Shown here: one piece after another, positions 39,558 to 49,382 of the stretch
Position numbering within the stretch: the stretch's first letter is position 1
How the letters are laid out: every line of letters starts with the position of its first letter
NCBI GenBank assembly: GCA_019358935.1
Contig: JAHHIK010000010.1
Location: forward strand, 42,188 to 106,187
Source of the DNA: Tolypothrix carrinoi HA7290-LM1
GTDB taxonomy: Bacteria > Cyanobacteriota > Cyanobacteriia > Cyanobacteriales > Nostocaceae
Length of the DNA stretch: 64,000 bases
Direction: 5' to 3'
Notes under the pieces: model-generated
What the model saw: only the letters and a program-made list of their open reading frames with translations
Told to the model about the DNA's origin: nothing
Database searches by the model: none
Program-made: the position numbers and the translations under genes

Positions 39558-41747
39558 TTAGGAAAATCCTATATTAGGCAACTTCACTTTATCCTTCTTA
39601 TTCCGAACGCTGCTATTTTTCTCGTAATAACCCTTGTGACTGTAGTAACCACTAATTTCAGCCGTGACCGCATTCACCACCATTCCCAAAACGTGCGATC
39701 GCGATTGCTTTAGCATCGTCTTCGCGGTCTTGGCAACAGTTGAGTCAAGCACTCCCGGACGTACAACCAGCAATATCCCATCTGCCACCTTGCTCAACAT
39801 CAAGGCATCACCAAATAAACTCAGAGCAGGAGTATCAATAATTACACAGTCATACTCTTTAGCTGCCTCTTGGATCAACGAAGCCATGCGCTGCGAGTCC
39901 AGTAGTGCTGCTGGGTTAGGTGGAATTGTCCCAACGGTTAGCACATCCAAGTTAACCAGTACTTCTTGGGTAGTGCGGGGAAATTCTGCTTGACCGACTA
40001 GAACATTACTTAATCCGATTGGGTTAGATAATTTCCAGATTTCCTGTTGACAAGAGTGACGCATATCTGCATCTACTAACAACACCCTGCGTCCCATGTG
40101 TGCCTTAGCTACTGCTAGGTTAGCTGCCACAAATGACCTGCCTTCACCTGGAGTTGAACTAACCACCGCAATTATTTTCAGTGGTTTATCAGAGATGCTA
40201 AAATCCAAGTTGGTCTGAAGCATCTCAAAGGCTGAACTTGCTAGTGAATGAGGATTATCTCTGACTGGCAGTTCTACTAAAGACTCTTTACCACCCTTCG
40301 CTTTTTGACCAAAGTGAGGAATTGTACCTAGTAAAGGATAACCAAATAGCTGCTGGGCTTGTTCAAGAGTTTTCAGGGATTGATCCATAGCTTCCAACAT
40401 CAAAGCTATCCCTACACCCAGCAAAATTCCCAAAAATCCACCGAGCGCTAGGTAGAGTATAATCTTGGAATTTGCTTTGTTGGGAACTAAAGCCGCAGAT
40501 ACCACCCGTGCATTGCCGACATTTTGATTTACTACTACCTCGACTTCTTGCGATCGCTTCAACAATTCTTCATAAGTTGTTCTAGCTACTTGCAACTGTC
40601 GCTCTAGCTGTTGCTGTTTTTGTTGCAGTTTAGGTAAGACACTCAAGCGTTTTTGTGAAAGTGCGTATGCATTCTTCAAAACCGTGACTCGGTTGGCTAG
40701 TGCTGAACGTTCTACATCCGACTGCACCAACTGAGCAGTTAGGTTTTGTTTGAGTTCTCCCATCTGCAAATTCTGCTGGGACACAGGTTGCTTGTTGACC
40801 AAATTTTCACCAATTCTCACCTCTAACTGCTTTCTCAGGGCAGCTCCTTTTGCCATCAAATTAGCGATCTGAGGATGGTCATTTGTATAGCGAGTCTGTG
40901 CCACCGCTAACTCGTTTTCCGCCTGCTGATATTCTGTTAACACCTGCTGCACAGCTTTTGATTGGCTTAAATTGCCCATATCCACAGCTTGCTGCGAATT
41001 CAATTTCAATTGACGTTGCAGAAGTTGTGAGCGAGTCTCGGCATCTACCAAATTTGACTGAGCCTGGGTTATCTGGTCTGATAAAGCTGTAAGTCTTTCC
41101 ACACCTGTGGTAGCTTCTTGATCTAAGGCAACTACTTTGTTTTCTTCTTTAAACCGACGCAAACCTGCCTCTGCTCTTGCTACCCTTCCCTCAACGTCAG
41201 GCAATTGCTTGCTCAAAAATCTGTTTGCAGCTGTCGCTTGGGTTTGATTGACGCTAATATTGTTCTCCAGGTAATATCTCATCAGCGAATTCACAACAGC
41301 TGCGGCTTCTTTTGGATCGCTACTGTTGTAAGAAATCGCCAAGATGTCTGTACCCTTTATGCTCTTAACCTTGAGTTTTTCGAGAAACTCATCTATTTCT
41401 AGGGGTGTTCCTTGCTTATCTGTCAGCTTGAGGTTGGTGATGGTTTTCTCAACTAGCGGGTTAGAACGAATTATCTCTGCTTCTGTATCCAATGGGCTGC
41501 TTAGTTCAGTTACACCCCTTAACTCTCCAACTGATGCTGAGGGACTTGTCAGCGAAGAAACGCGATCGGTTTTATTAAAAAGCAACTTGCCTTCTGCTTC
41601 ATAAATTGGTTTTTGCCTGAAGGCAGTTAAAGCTGACAATCCGAAAACTGAGCAAGTCACCACAGCTATGACTAGCCAACGCCTTTTGAAAATCAGCGAG
41701 TATTGTTGCAAATCTAAGGAGTTTTGGTCTTCTTGGTTAGAGGGCAT
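39558..41747 (-). CDS. wzc: Polysaccharide co-polymerase / tyrosine autokinase (Wzc/GumC)
   Basis: Two TM segments around a coiled coil, Walker A-like PGEGRS, LLVDADMR, IIDTP and a C-terminal Tyr cluster. Confidence 0.9.
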   Translation of the reverse strand: MPSNQEDQNSLDLQQYSLIFKRRWLVIAVVTCSVFGLSALTAFRQKPIYEAEGKLLFNKTDRVSSLTSPSASVGELRGVTELSSPLDTEAEIIRSNPLVEKTITNLKLTDKQGTPLEIDEFLEKLKVKSIKGTDILAISYNSSDPKEAAAVVNSLMRYYLENNISVNQTQATAANRFLSKQLPDVEGRVARAEAGLRRFKEENKVVALDQEATTGVERLTALSDQITQAQSNLVDAETRSQLLQRQLKLNSQQAVDMGNLSQSKAVQQVLTEYQQAENELAVAQTRYTNDHPQIANLMAKGAALRKQLEVRIGENLVNKQPVSQQNLQMGELKQNLTAQLVQSDVERSALANRVTVLKNAYALSQKRLSVLPKLQQKQQQLERQLQVARTTYEELLKRSQEVEVVVNQNVGNARVVSAALVPNKANSKIILYLALGGFLGILLGVGIALMLEAMDQSLKTLEQAQQLFGYPLLGTIPHFGQKAKGGKESLVELPVRDNPHSLASSAFEMLQTNLDFSISDKPLKIIAVVSSTPGEGRSFVAANLAVAKAHMGRRVLLVDADMRHSCQQEIWKLSNPIGLSNVLVGQAEFPRTTQEVLVNLDVLTVGTIPPNPAALLDSQRMASLIQEAAKEYDCVIIDTPALSLFGDALMLSKVADGILLVVRPGVLDSTVAKTAKTMLKQSRSHVLGMVVNAVTAEISGYYSHKGYYEKNSSVRNKKDKVKLPNIGFS

Positions 41748-42583
41748 GGCATATGTTGCAAAATTTCTCTGAAGTACTTAGTAGTGCTACCCTTCAATCG
41801 TTAAATTGCCAGGGTAACTATTTAGACAAAACTAAACAACAATTAATTAAGCAATGAGTATAAAAACTACGCTCCATTTGAAGTGCTTATGATTAGCTAC
41901 TTGCAATTTTTTCGCGATCGTATTTATTTTTATACTTCATATATAGTTCTTCTCACAGAAAAATTGCTCGATAATCAAGACTTTTTTAGTTATATTTACT
42001 GAAACTTTAAATAAAGTTGATACCTTTTTAGTGAAGAAAAACAAACGTCTACGTATTTTTATGTTCGTATTTTGACTTACAGTTAGGTTAGTTTTCTGAA
42101 ATCGAATTCGGCAAATAGATTTCTAGACCGAAAAATTCTCGAACTTGTTTAAAAGCAAATTCTGGCTTTTACTGTCATTTATGCTTTTTATATTTCGATT
42201 TTGGACTTTTGCTCAGTTATTTTACAATCCAAAATAATACTGAGTTATAAAGTATTAAAAAGATTGTTAAATCGAATATTATTTTCAGTATGCTTGTGTC
42301 TGCAAGATAAAATTATTGCTTTATTTAATCTTTAAATCAAAAATCACATAAAGCACCTATCATAAATTTGTTGCATCAGTAGAATTGCCTGGATACAGTT
42401 TGGGTAAGTTTACTGCAACTATCATCAAGTTTCTTTATTTTTCAAGTGAATTTACTGTAATACTGAGATGTGAATATTAGATAAAATACCGAGAAAGTCT
42501 AAGTGTGTAAAAAACACGGCAGACCAACATTTTTCATACTGGTATGCCATGACACAAAACAACTCGGGTTGAGTATCGCACTC

Positions 42584-42657
42584 GTCTTACTTTGTTATGT
42601 CAGTTTCCCCAACAGTACTAGGTTGCCTAGCATAGTACGCAGCCTATTTGTATTGCT
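42584..42657 (+). repeat. Diverged duplicate of the 5' end of the downstream sugar transferase gene
   Basis: GTTATGTCAGTT..CAGTACTAGGTTGCCTAGC..TACGCAGC..TATTGCT recurs at 42732-42804. Confidence 0.8.
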
Positions 42658-42727
42658 AGGAGTGAGAATTATGAGGTTGCTTCTACCAAATAAATCAATA
42701 TCAGGATACTGAATAGTAAGAAAAATC

Positions 42728-44137
42728 ATGAGTCTTACGAGTTATGTCAGTTCCCCGACCAGTACTAGGTTGCCTAGCGTAATACGCAGCTTACCTCTAT
42801 TGCTCTTACTGGGGGACATTTTTGGGTTGTTCATTTGTCTAGCGATCGCGCTTTGGTTGCGTTTAGGTGAAGCATTAAATAAGTTCGATCCGTTCGTTTG
42901 GGGTTTTGTGTTGTTGGTTTTGGTCGAGCTTTATTTGGTAGACGCTTACCATCCAGACAGACAAATTGCAGGTTTGCGGACACCAGCAAGAATTTTGATT
43001 GGCAGCATCGGTATTAGTATCTTTACCTCTGCCTTGATTTACCTATTTGGTGCTTGGGGAAATTATACCTTGGCAGGGCGGGGTATTCTATTACCCAGCT
43101 TGGGAATTTTCACAATCTGGGCAATAATCTTACGGCTATTGGCAGTGAAATGGATGCGATCGCAAGCGCAACAGACTCGTTGGCTGATATTGGGTGCAGG
43201 TACAAGTGCGATCAAATTTGTACAAAATTTGCTGACGTTAAATCCCCTCGGTAAATTGGTTGTGCTAGCTGAAGTTGGTCAAGACACTACTCAAAAAGAT
43301 AGCCATCTCAATTGTGTAGGTAATTTCAACGACCTGTCAAACTGGAGCCAAGGTTCTTGGTCTGGTGTGGTAGTGGCAAGCGATATTCGTTTTTCCGAAC
43401 CACAGATCCAGCTTTTGATGGAAATGCGATTGCGAGGTATTCCAGTTTATCGATTGCCAGATTTTTACGAAAGTATATGGTACAAAATTCCCTCATCCTT
43501 GCTACAAGATAAGTGGTTGGCATTTAGTGCTGGTTTTAACTTGATGCCCGGTTACTTCAGCATGAAGCTGAAGCGGGTTGCCGATTTGATTCTCACCGGT
43601 ATATTACTTATATTTGTGTCTCCAGTGATGCTGCTTGCAGCTTTGGCAATCAAGTTAGATAGTCCGGGTCCTGTGTTCTACAGTCAGTTCCGAAGCGGAT
43701 TATACGGCAAGCCATTTAAGGTTTACAAATTCCGCTCGATGTATCAAGATGCCGAAAAACGAGGAGCGCAGTGGGCAAGTCAACGCGATCCACGTATCAC
43801 CAAAGTTGGATATTGGTTGCGAGTAATGCGAATTGACGAACTACCGCAGATTTGGAATGTGCTGTGCGGTGAGATGACCTTGATTGGTCCGCGTCCAGAA
43901 AGACCGGAATTTGATGTCAAACTTAAAGAAGCGATTCCCTATTATGAAGTGCGTTATTTGGTAAAGCCAGGAATTACTGGTTGGGCACAGGTGATGTATC
44001 CTTACGGTGCATCGGTTGAAGATGCCTACGAAAAACTAGCTTATGACCTTTACTACATCAAGAATTATTCTCTTTGGTTGGATATGGCGATCGCCTTCAA
44101 AACCATTCGAGTTGTTTTGTTAGGTAAGGGTAGATGA
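42728..44137 (+). CDS. EPS priming polyprenyl glycosylphosphotransferase (WcaJ-like)
   Basis: N-terminal TM segments and C-terminal KFRSM, DPRITKVG, IDELPQ, GPRPERP and KPGITGWAQV. Confidence 0.92.
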   Translation: MSLTSYVSSPTSTRLPSVIRSLPLLLLLGDIFGLFICLAIALWLRLGEALNKFDPFVWGFVLLVLVELYLVDAYHPDRQIAGLRTPARILIGSIGISIFTSALIYLFGAWGNYTLAGRGILLPSLGIFTIWAIILRLLAVKWMRSQAQQTRWLILGAGTSAIKFVQNLLTLNPLGKLVVLAEVGQDTTQKDSHLNCVGNFNDLSNWSQGSWSGVVVASDIRFSEPQIQLLMEMRLRGIPVYRLPDFYESIWYKIPSSLLQDKWLAFSAGFNLMPGYFSMKLKRVADLILTGILLIFVSPVMLLAALAIKLDSPGPVFYSQFRSGLYGKPFKVYKFRSMYQDAEKRGAQWASQRDPRITKVGYWLRVMRIDELPQIWNVLCGEMTLIGPRPERPEFDVKLKEAIPYYEVRYLVKPGITGWAQVMYPYGASVEDAYEKLAYDLYYIKNYSLWLDMAIAFKTIRVVLLGKGR

Positions 44138-45153
44138 AAAACAAAGTATTAGTCACTGGGGGTGCTGGTTACATCGGTTCCCACGTTGTACGTCAACTGG
44201 GGTCAGCTGGCTACGATGTCGTAGTTTACGATAATTGTTCTACAGGTTCCCGGACATCTGTATTGCACGGTGAATTGATTATTGGCGATTTAGCAGACAC
44301 CGAGCATCTTTATCAAGTCTTTGCCAAGCATCAATTTAGTACAGTGCTGCATTTTGCCGCCAGTCTGAGTGTACCAGAATCAGTTGTCCGTCCCCTCGAC
44401 TACTACGCCAACAACACCCGCAACACTTTGAACTTGCTACGTTGCTGTAGTGTCATGAATGTCAACCAGGTTATTTTTTCCAGTACAGCAGCAGTCTATG
44501 GAGAAGTAGGAGAAAATCCGGTTACTGAGTCAGTTCCAACACAGCCGATTAATCCTTACGGACGCTCAAAGCTGATGAGCGAATGGCTGATTCAAGACGC
44601 AGCAGCAGCATCTTCTCTGCGCTACGTAATTCTACGCTATTTTAATGTAGCAGGTGCTGAACCTGGTGGACGATTAGGGCAAATATCACCGAATGCAACT
44701 CATTTGATTGCAGCTGCAATTAATGCAGCACTCAAGCGCAAAAAAGAAGTGCAAATTTTTGGTACTGATTTTCCCACACCAGATGGCACCGGAATTCGTG
44801 ACTATATCCACGTTGAAGACTTAGCGACAGCACATTTAGATGCTTTGCGCTACCTGGAAGAAAACGGTGAAAGCCAAATTCTCAACTGCGGTTACGGACA
44901 AGGTTACAGCGTGCGACAAGTGATTTCACGGGTAAAGGCAATTTCTGGGGTGGATTTTCCCGTTATCGAAACTAACCGTCGTCCAGGCGATCCAGCTTGC
45001 GTGACAGCTTGTGCAGATAAAATCTCTAAAGTACTAGGTTGGCAACCGAAATACAACGACTTAGATAAAATAGTTCACACCTCCCTCGCTTGGGAAATGT
45101 ACCGTGAAGGTTTGCTACAGAGTTCTTTAAATAAACCTATGCTGATTCCTTAA
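44134..45153 (+). CDS. galE: UDP-glucose 4-epimerase
   Basis: Motifs GGAGYIGSH, YGRSK, LRYFNVAGA and TPDGTGIRDYIHV. Confidence 0.93.
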   Translation: MKNKVLVTGGAGYIGSHVVRQLGSAGYDVVVYDNCSTGSRTSVLHGELIIGDLADTEHLYQVFAKHQFSTVLHFAASLSVPESVVRPLDYYANNTRNTLNLLRCCSVMNVNQVIFSSTAAVYGEVGENPVTESVPTQPINPYGRSKLMSEWLIQDAAAASSLRYVILRYFNVAGAEPGGRLGQISPNATHLIAAAINAALKRKKEVQIFGTDFPTPDGTGIRDYIHVEDLATAHLDALRYLEENGESQILNCGYGQGYSVRQVISRVKAISGVDFPVIETNRRPGDPACVTACADKISKVLGWQPKYNDLDKIVHTSLAWEMYREGLLQSSLNKPMLIP

Positions 45154-45193
45154 CCGCAAGTAATGTCAAGTTGACTGCTAACCGACGACTAAT

Positions 45194-45247
45194 CAGGACT
45201 TATGCCAAACATCACAATAGTAGGGATAATTCATGAATTATCCCTAC
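45194..45247. repeat. Degenerate relative of the 28174 MITE with a REP-like palindrome
   Basis: AGGACTTATGC end plus GTAGGGATAATTCATGAATTATCCCTAC. Confidence 0.6.
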
Positions 45248-45269
45248 TGTTGAGCCATTAGTCATTTCT

Positions 45270-45494
45270 TTAGACGAACTGAAAAGCAACATTTGCTGTT
45301 ATTGGTTCTGGCAATGGTTTTCCTTGTGCTTGATAATCTTCAATTAAAAGCTCTAAAACTTCCTCACCATTCTTGAGAGCATCTCCATAGGTGTCTCCAT
45401 GAGTATGTGCGTAGGGACCAAACTCAGGTAGGCTGACAATGTACTTTTGATCTTCGGTTGACCACTGAATAAGAATGGTATACTGCGGCTTCAT
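45270..45494 (-). CDS. HicB family antitoxin (orphan)
   Basis: Y.I.IQWS.ED..YIVSLPEF...HTHG.TY..A..N..EVL.L. Confidence 0.88.
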   Translation of the reverse strand: MKPQYTILIQWSTEDQKYIVSLPEFGPYAHTHGDTYGDALKNGEEVLELLIEDYQAQGKPLPEPITANVAFQFV

Positions 45495-45531
45495 TCGTCT
45501 TCTTCCTTATTCTGAAGCTACGCGTAGCTGA

Positions 45532-46059
45532 TTATAAAGTATCATTTAGGGTGCTGCTTTTGGGCGGTAAAAGGTAAATTGCCCCAGAAATTAACGTCAA
45601 AGCGACAGAAACCCAAAATGCAACCAGGCAAGGCATCTGCCACACTTGAGGAAGAGGTGCAATTAAAAGAGCGATCGCCACTATCTGACTCACTGTTTTC
45701 AGCTTACCCCAAATATTCGCCCCAGTAATTGTAGCTTGATTAACTCGCCAACCTGCGATCGCTAACTCTCGTCCTAAAATTAAAAATACTCCCCAAGCTG
45801 GAACTCGTCCTAACTCAATCAAAACCAGTAACGGCGCCAGTACCAGCAATTTATCTACCAACGGATCGAGAAACTTACCCAACTCGCTAATTTGGTTGAG
45901 TTTTCGTGCCAAATAGCCATCTAACCAATCAGTCAGCGCAGCAACCAGAAAAACCGCCAAACACACCCATCTAAGTTTTGGTGTGGGATTATACAACCCG
46001 TAAAGCAGAAATGGTATACCTAGAAGGCGAGAAAAAGTAATCCAATTTGGTAGAGTCAT
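45532..46059 (-). CDS. pgsA: CDP-diacylglycerol--glycerol-3-phosphate 3-phosphatidyltransferase
   Basis: PNWIT.SR, D.LDGYLAR....S.LGKFLDP.VDK and GKLKT..Q. Confidence 0.9.
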   Translation of the reverse strand: MTLPNWITFSRLLGIPFLLYGLYNPTPKLRWVCLAVFLVAALTDWLDGYLARKLNQISELGKFLDPLVDKLLVLAPLLVLIELGRVPAWGVFLILGRELAIAGWRVNQATITGANIWGKLKTVSQIVAIALLIAPLPQVWQMPCLVAFWVSVALTLISGAIYLLPPKSSTLNDTL

Positions 46060-46198
46060 CTGTTATCAGGGCAAATAACCTATTATTTAAGTATCTCAGC
46101 TACCGCCAAAAAAAACTTTGCGCCTTTGCGCCTTTGCGTGAGATTATTCTCATCAAGCTATGGGATGATCTGTTTTCTGAGATTTCCTCAAGAATACT

Positions 46199-47632
46199 AT
46201 GACTCAAACAGACTCCCAATTCCGCACAGAACGCGATTCGATGGGCGATCGCCAAATCCCTAGTAGCGCTTATTACGGCATTCAAACGCTACGGGCAATG
46301 GAAAACTTCCCCATCAGCGGCATCAAGCCTTTAAGTACTTACGTAGACGCTGGCGTAATTATCAAAAAAGCTACCGCCATCGTCAACGGTCAATTAAAAT
46401 GCATACCCCAGTCAATTAGTCAAGCAATTGTGCAAGCGGCTGATGAAGTACTTGCGGGTAAGTTTCGCGATCAATTTGTGGTAGATATTTATCAAGCGGG
46501 AGCCGGAACTTCTCACCACATGAATGTCAACGAAGTACTGGCAAATAGAGCCTTAGAAATTCTCGGAAGCGAAAAAGGCAATTACAAGCAAGTTAGTCCC
46601 AATGACCACGTAAACTACGGACAGTCTACCAATGATGTGATTCCCACGGCAATTCGCATCGGTGGCTTATTGGCATTGTCAAAGACGTTGCAGCCAGCTT
46701 TAGATCAAGCGATCGCATCCCTCGAAGAAAAAGCCGACGAATTTCAAGATATCGTCAAATCTGGCAGAACTCACATGCAAGACGCTGTACCTGTGCGCTT
46801 GGGTGAAAATTTCCGCGCTTGGGCACAAATTATCACAGAACATCAAAACCGCATTTATACAGCTTCTGGTGATTTAATGGTGCTGGGTTTGGGAGGTAGC
46901 GCTGCCGGAACGGGGATGAATACTCATCCTGATTATCGCGCTCGTGTAGTGCAAGTTATTTCAGACTTGATAGACTGTCCTTTAGAACCTGCACCTCACT
47001 TAATGGCTGCCATGCAGAGTATGGCACCATTTGTTAGTGTTTCTGGTGCTTTACGCAACTTAGCACAAGATTTAGTCAAAATATCTCACGATTTGCGGTT
47101 GATGGATTCGGGTCCAAAAACAGGTTTGAAAGAAATTCAATTGCCACCAGTGCAACCGGGTTCCTCAATTATGCCCGGAAAATATAACCCAGTGATGGCA
47201 GAGATGACCTCAATGGTGTGTTTTCAGGTGATGGGTTACGACAGTGCGATCGCTCTCGCCGCACAAGCCGGACAATTAGAATTAAATGTGATGATGCCGT
47301 TGATTGCCTACAACCTGATTCACAGCATCGAAATTTTGGGAAATACCATCAAAGCACTTACCTCTAGCTGCATTAAAGGAATTACCGCCAATCGCGATCG
47401 TTGTTTGGCTTACGCTGAAGGTAGTTTAGCTTTAGTTACGGCATTAAATCCCCATATAGGCTATTTAAATGCTGCGGCTGTAGCCAAAGAATCTTTAGAA
47501 ACTGGTAAATCCCTAAGGCAGATTGTCTTAGAAAAAAATCTGATGAACGATGAGGAATTAGCCCAAGTGTTAAATCTAGAACAGATGAGCGGTATCTTAC
47601 CCCTCAGGGCACTTGACACAGAAATAGATTAA
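46199..47632 (+). CDS. aspA: Aspartate ammonia-lyase (fumarase/aspartase superfamily)
   Basis: Motifs RTERDSMG, QAGAGTS, GRTHMQDA and GSSIMPGKYNP. A class II fumarase function is not excluded. Confidence 0.75.
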   Translation: MTQTDSQFRTERDSMGDRQIPSSAYYGIQTLRAMENFPISGIKPLSTYVDAGVIIKKATAIVNGQLKCIPQSISQAIVQAADEVLAGKFRDQFVVDIYQAGAGTSHHMNVNEVLANRALEILGSEKGNYKQVSPNDHVNYGQSTNDVIPTAIRIGGLLALSKTLQPALDQAIASLEEKADEFQDIVKSGRTHMQDAVPVRLGENFRAWAQIITEHQNRIYTASGDLMVLGLGGSAAGTGMNTHPDYRARVVQVISDLIDCPLEPAPHLMAAMQSMAPFVSVSGALRNLAQDLVKISHDLRLMDSGPKTGLKEIQLPPVQPGSSIMPGKYNPVMAEMTSMVCFQVMGYDSAIALAAQAGQLELNVMMPLIAYNLIHSIEILGNTIKALTSSCIKGITANRDRCLAYAEGSLALVTALNPHIGYLNAAAVAKESLETGKSLRQIVLEKNLMNDEELAQVLNLEQMSGILPLRALDTEID

Positions 47633-47649
47633 AAAGGAATAAGGGATTA

Positions 47650-47940
47650 GGGCATTGGGCAATGGGCAATGGGCAATGGGCAATGGGCAATTTGAGGAGG
47701 GGAAAAGGGGAGCCACTGCGTTGGTCCGGCAGTGCGTTGGACGGGTTTCCCGGCAGACGCGCACCTGCCGTCGGCTGTGCCGACTTGAAGCATGTGGCGT
47801 TAAAGGGCAAAGGGTAAAGGGTGAGAAAGAAGAAATATTTCCCCCCCTGCCCCCCTGCTCCCCCTGCTCCCCCTGCCCCCCCTGCCCCCCCTGCCCCCCC
47901 TGCTCCCCACTCCCCACTCCCCACTCCCCATTCCCCATCC
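47650..47940. repeat. STRR arrays (GGGCAAT; CCCCCTGCT/C; CTCCCCA) surrounding nested SDR elements
   Basis: Tandem 7- and 9-mers read directly from the sequence. Confidence 0.85.
47710..47800. mobile_element. SDR-type hairpin element containing a second element of the same family
   Basis: GAGCCACTGCGTTGG[TCCGGCAGTGCGTTGG...GCACCTGCCGT]CGGCTGTGCCGACTTGAAGCATGTGGCGT. Confidence 0.7.
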
Positions 47941-48909
47941 ATGCATCAAAAACCATCTGTCAGTTTGATTCGGGCTACTTCCTACGAACAAGAAGCGTTA
48001 CGGGAATCTTTAGCCCTCCTCCTAGAACCTTTAGGGGGAATGCAGGCATTCGTCAAACCAGGACAACGGGTTTTGCTAAAACCGAATCTTCTCACGGGAG
48101 CGCGTCCCGGTAAAGAGTGTACCACTCGCGCCGAATTAGTTTATCAAGTTGCCAAGATGGTGATTGAGGCTGGTGGTAAGCCTTTTTTGGGAGATAGTCC
48201 TGCTTTTGGGAGTGCTAAGGCAGTAGCGATCGCAAATAACTATCTCCCGATTATCGAAGAACTCAAGCTGCCGATTATAGATTTTCACGGATCGCGTTAC
48301 GAAACCGTCAACGAAGACTTTAACCATCTGCTGCTGTGCAAAGAAGCGATGGAAGCAGATGTTGTCATTAACTTGCCTAAGCTAAAATCTCACGCCCAAC
48401 TAACCTTAACACTTGGCGTAAAAAACCTCTTTGGTTGCGTTCCCGGCAAAATGAAAGCTTGGTGGCACATGGAAGCTGGGAAAGACGCCAACCGATTTGG
48501 AGAAATGTTAGTAGAAACTGCTAGGGCAATTAACCCAGATTTAACTATTTTAGATGGCATCATCGGTCATGAAGGAAATGGTCCAAGCGGTGGGGAACCT
48601 CGTCCACTCGGCGTTTTAGCCGCATCTGCAAATGTATTTGCCCTCGATAGGGCAATGGTAGAAGTCCTCAATGTTGCACCGGAACAAGTACCTACTCTCG
48701 CTGCATCAAAGCGGTTGGGTTTATGTCCGGAACTTGCGTCAATTGACTTTCCCCACTTACATCCTGATTTACTAAAAATAGATGATTGGCGTCTACCAGA
48801 TAAATTAATGCCTATCGATTTTGGAATGCCCCGCGTGATTAAATCTACGTTTAAGCATCTTTACATCCGTTTTATCAAAGAACCGATGAGTGCTTATGGG
48901 AAAGGGTAG
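47941..48909 (+). CDS. DUF362 domain protein
   Basis: Motifs VLLKPNLL, INLPKLKSH..LTLGVKNLFGC and HEGNGP. The ATG follows the repeat tract. Confidence 0.88.
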   Translation: MHQKPSVSLIRATSYEQEALRESLALLLEPLGGMQAFVKPGQRVLLKPNLLTGARPGKECTTRAELVYQVAKMVIEAGGKPFLGDSPAFGSAKAVAIANNYLPIIEELKLPIIDFHGSRYETVNEDFNHLLLCKEAMEADVVINLPKLKSHAQLTLTLGVKNLFGCVPGKMKAWWHMEAGKDANRFGEMLVETARAINPDLTILDGIIGHEGNGPSGGEPRPLGVLAASANVFALDRAMVEVLNVAPEQVPTLAASKRLGLCPELASIDFPHLHPDLLKIDDWRLPDKLMPIDFGMPRVIKSTFKHLYIRFIKEPMSAYGKG

Positions 48910-49325
48910 TGGATAGTGGATGGTTGATAGTGGATAGTGGATGGTTGATAGTGGATGGTTGATAGTGGATGGTTGATAGTGGATAGTGGATAGTGGATGG
49001 TTGATAGTGGATAGTGGATGGTTGATAGTGGATAGTGGATGGTTGATAGTGGATAGTGGATAGTGGATGGTGGATGGTTGATAGTGGATAGTGGATGGTT
49101 GATAGTGGATAGTGGATAGTGGATGGTTGATAGTGGATAGTGGATGGTTGATAGTGGATGGTTGATAGTGGATGGTTGATAGTGGATAGTGGATGGTTGT
49201 AACGAGTGCTTTTTGACAACCAACAACCAACAACCAACAACCAACAACCAACAACCAACAACCAACACCCAACAACCAACAACCAACAACTAACAACCAA
49301 CAACTAACAACCAACAACCAACTAT
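48907..49325. repeat. Long STRR array (TAGTGGA/TGGTTGA) followed by a partly complementary CAACAAC array
   Basis: About 40 heptamers of two main types, a short spacer, then about 15 CAACAAC-type units. Confidence 0.9.
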
Positions 49326-49333
49326 CCACAAAT

Positions 49334-49376
49334 GCAAACTTCGCTACAACAATCTTCATTCTTGGCAGAGTAAGCT
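49334..49376 (+). promoter_or_regulatory. Putative NtcA-activated promoter
   Basis: GCA-N8-TAC (one mismatch to GTA-N8-TAC) at 49334-49347, a 23-nt spacer, and a TAAGCT -10 box. Confidence 0.55.
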
Positions 49377-49382
49377 GTAATT

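Noticed and set aside
47597..48113. Several overlapping ORFs and the Pro-rich N-terminal extension of the DUF362 ORF
   Set aside because: They derive from STRR and SDR repeats. The credible start is ATG 47941.
48907..49200. Possible CRISPR array
   Set aside because: The units are 7-bp tandem repeats with no unique spacers, and no cas operon is present. The Cas4-like nuclease at 61046 is stand-alone.
48805..49359. ORFs of 131-184 aa on the minus strand (LSTIHYQP / LLVVGCW repeats)
   Set aside because: They are translations of stop-free heptamer STRR arrays in all three frames, not proteins.
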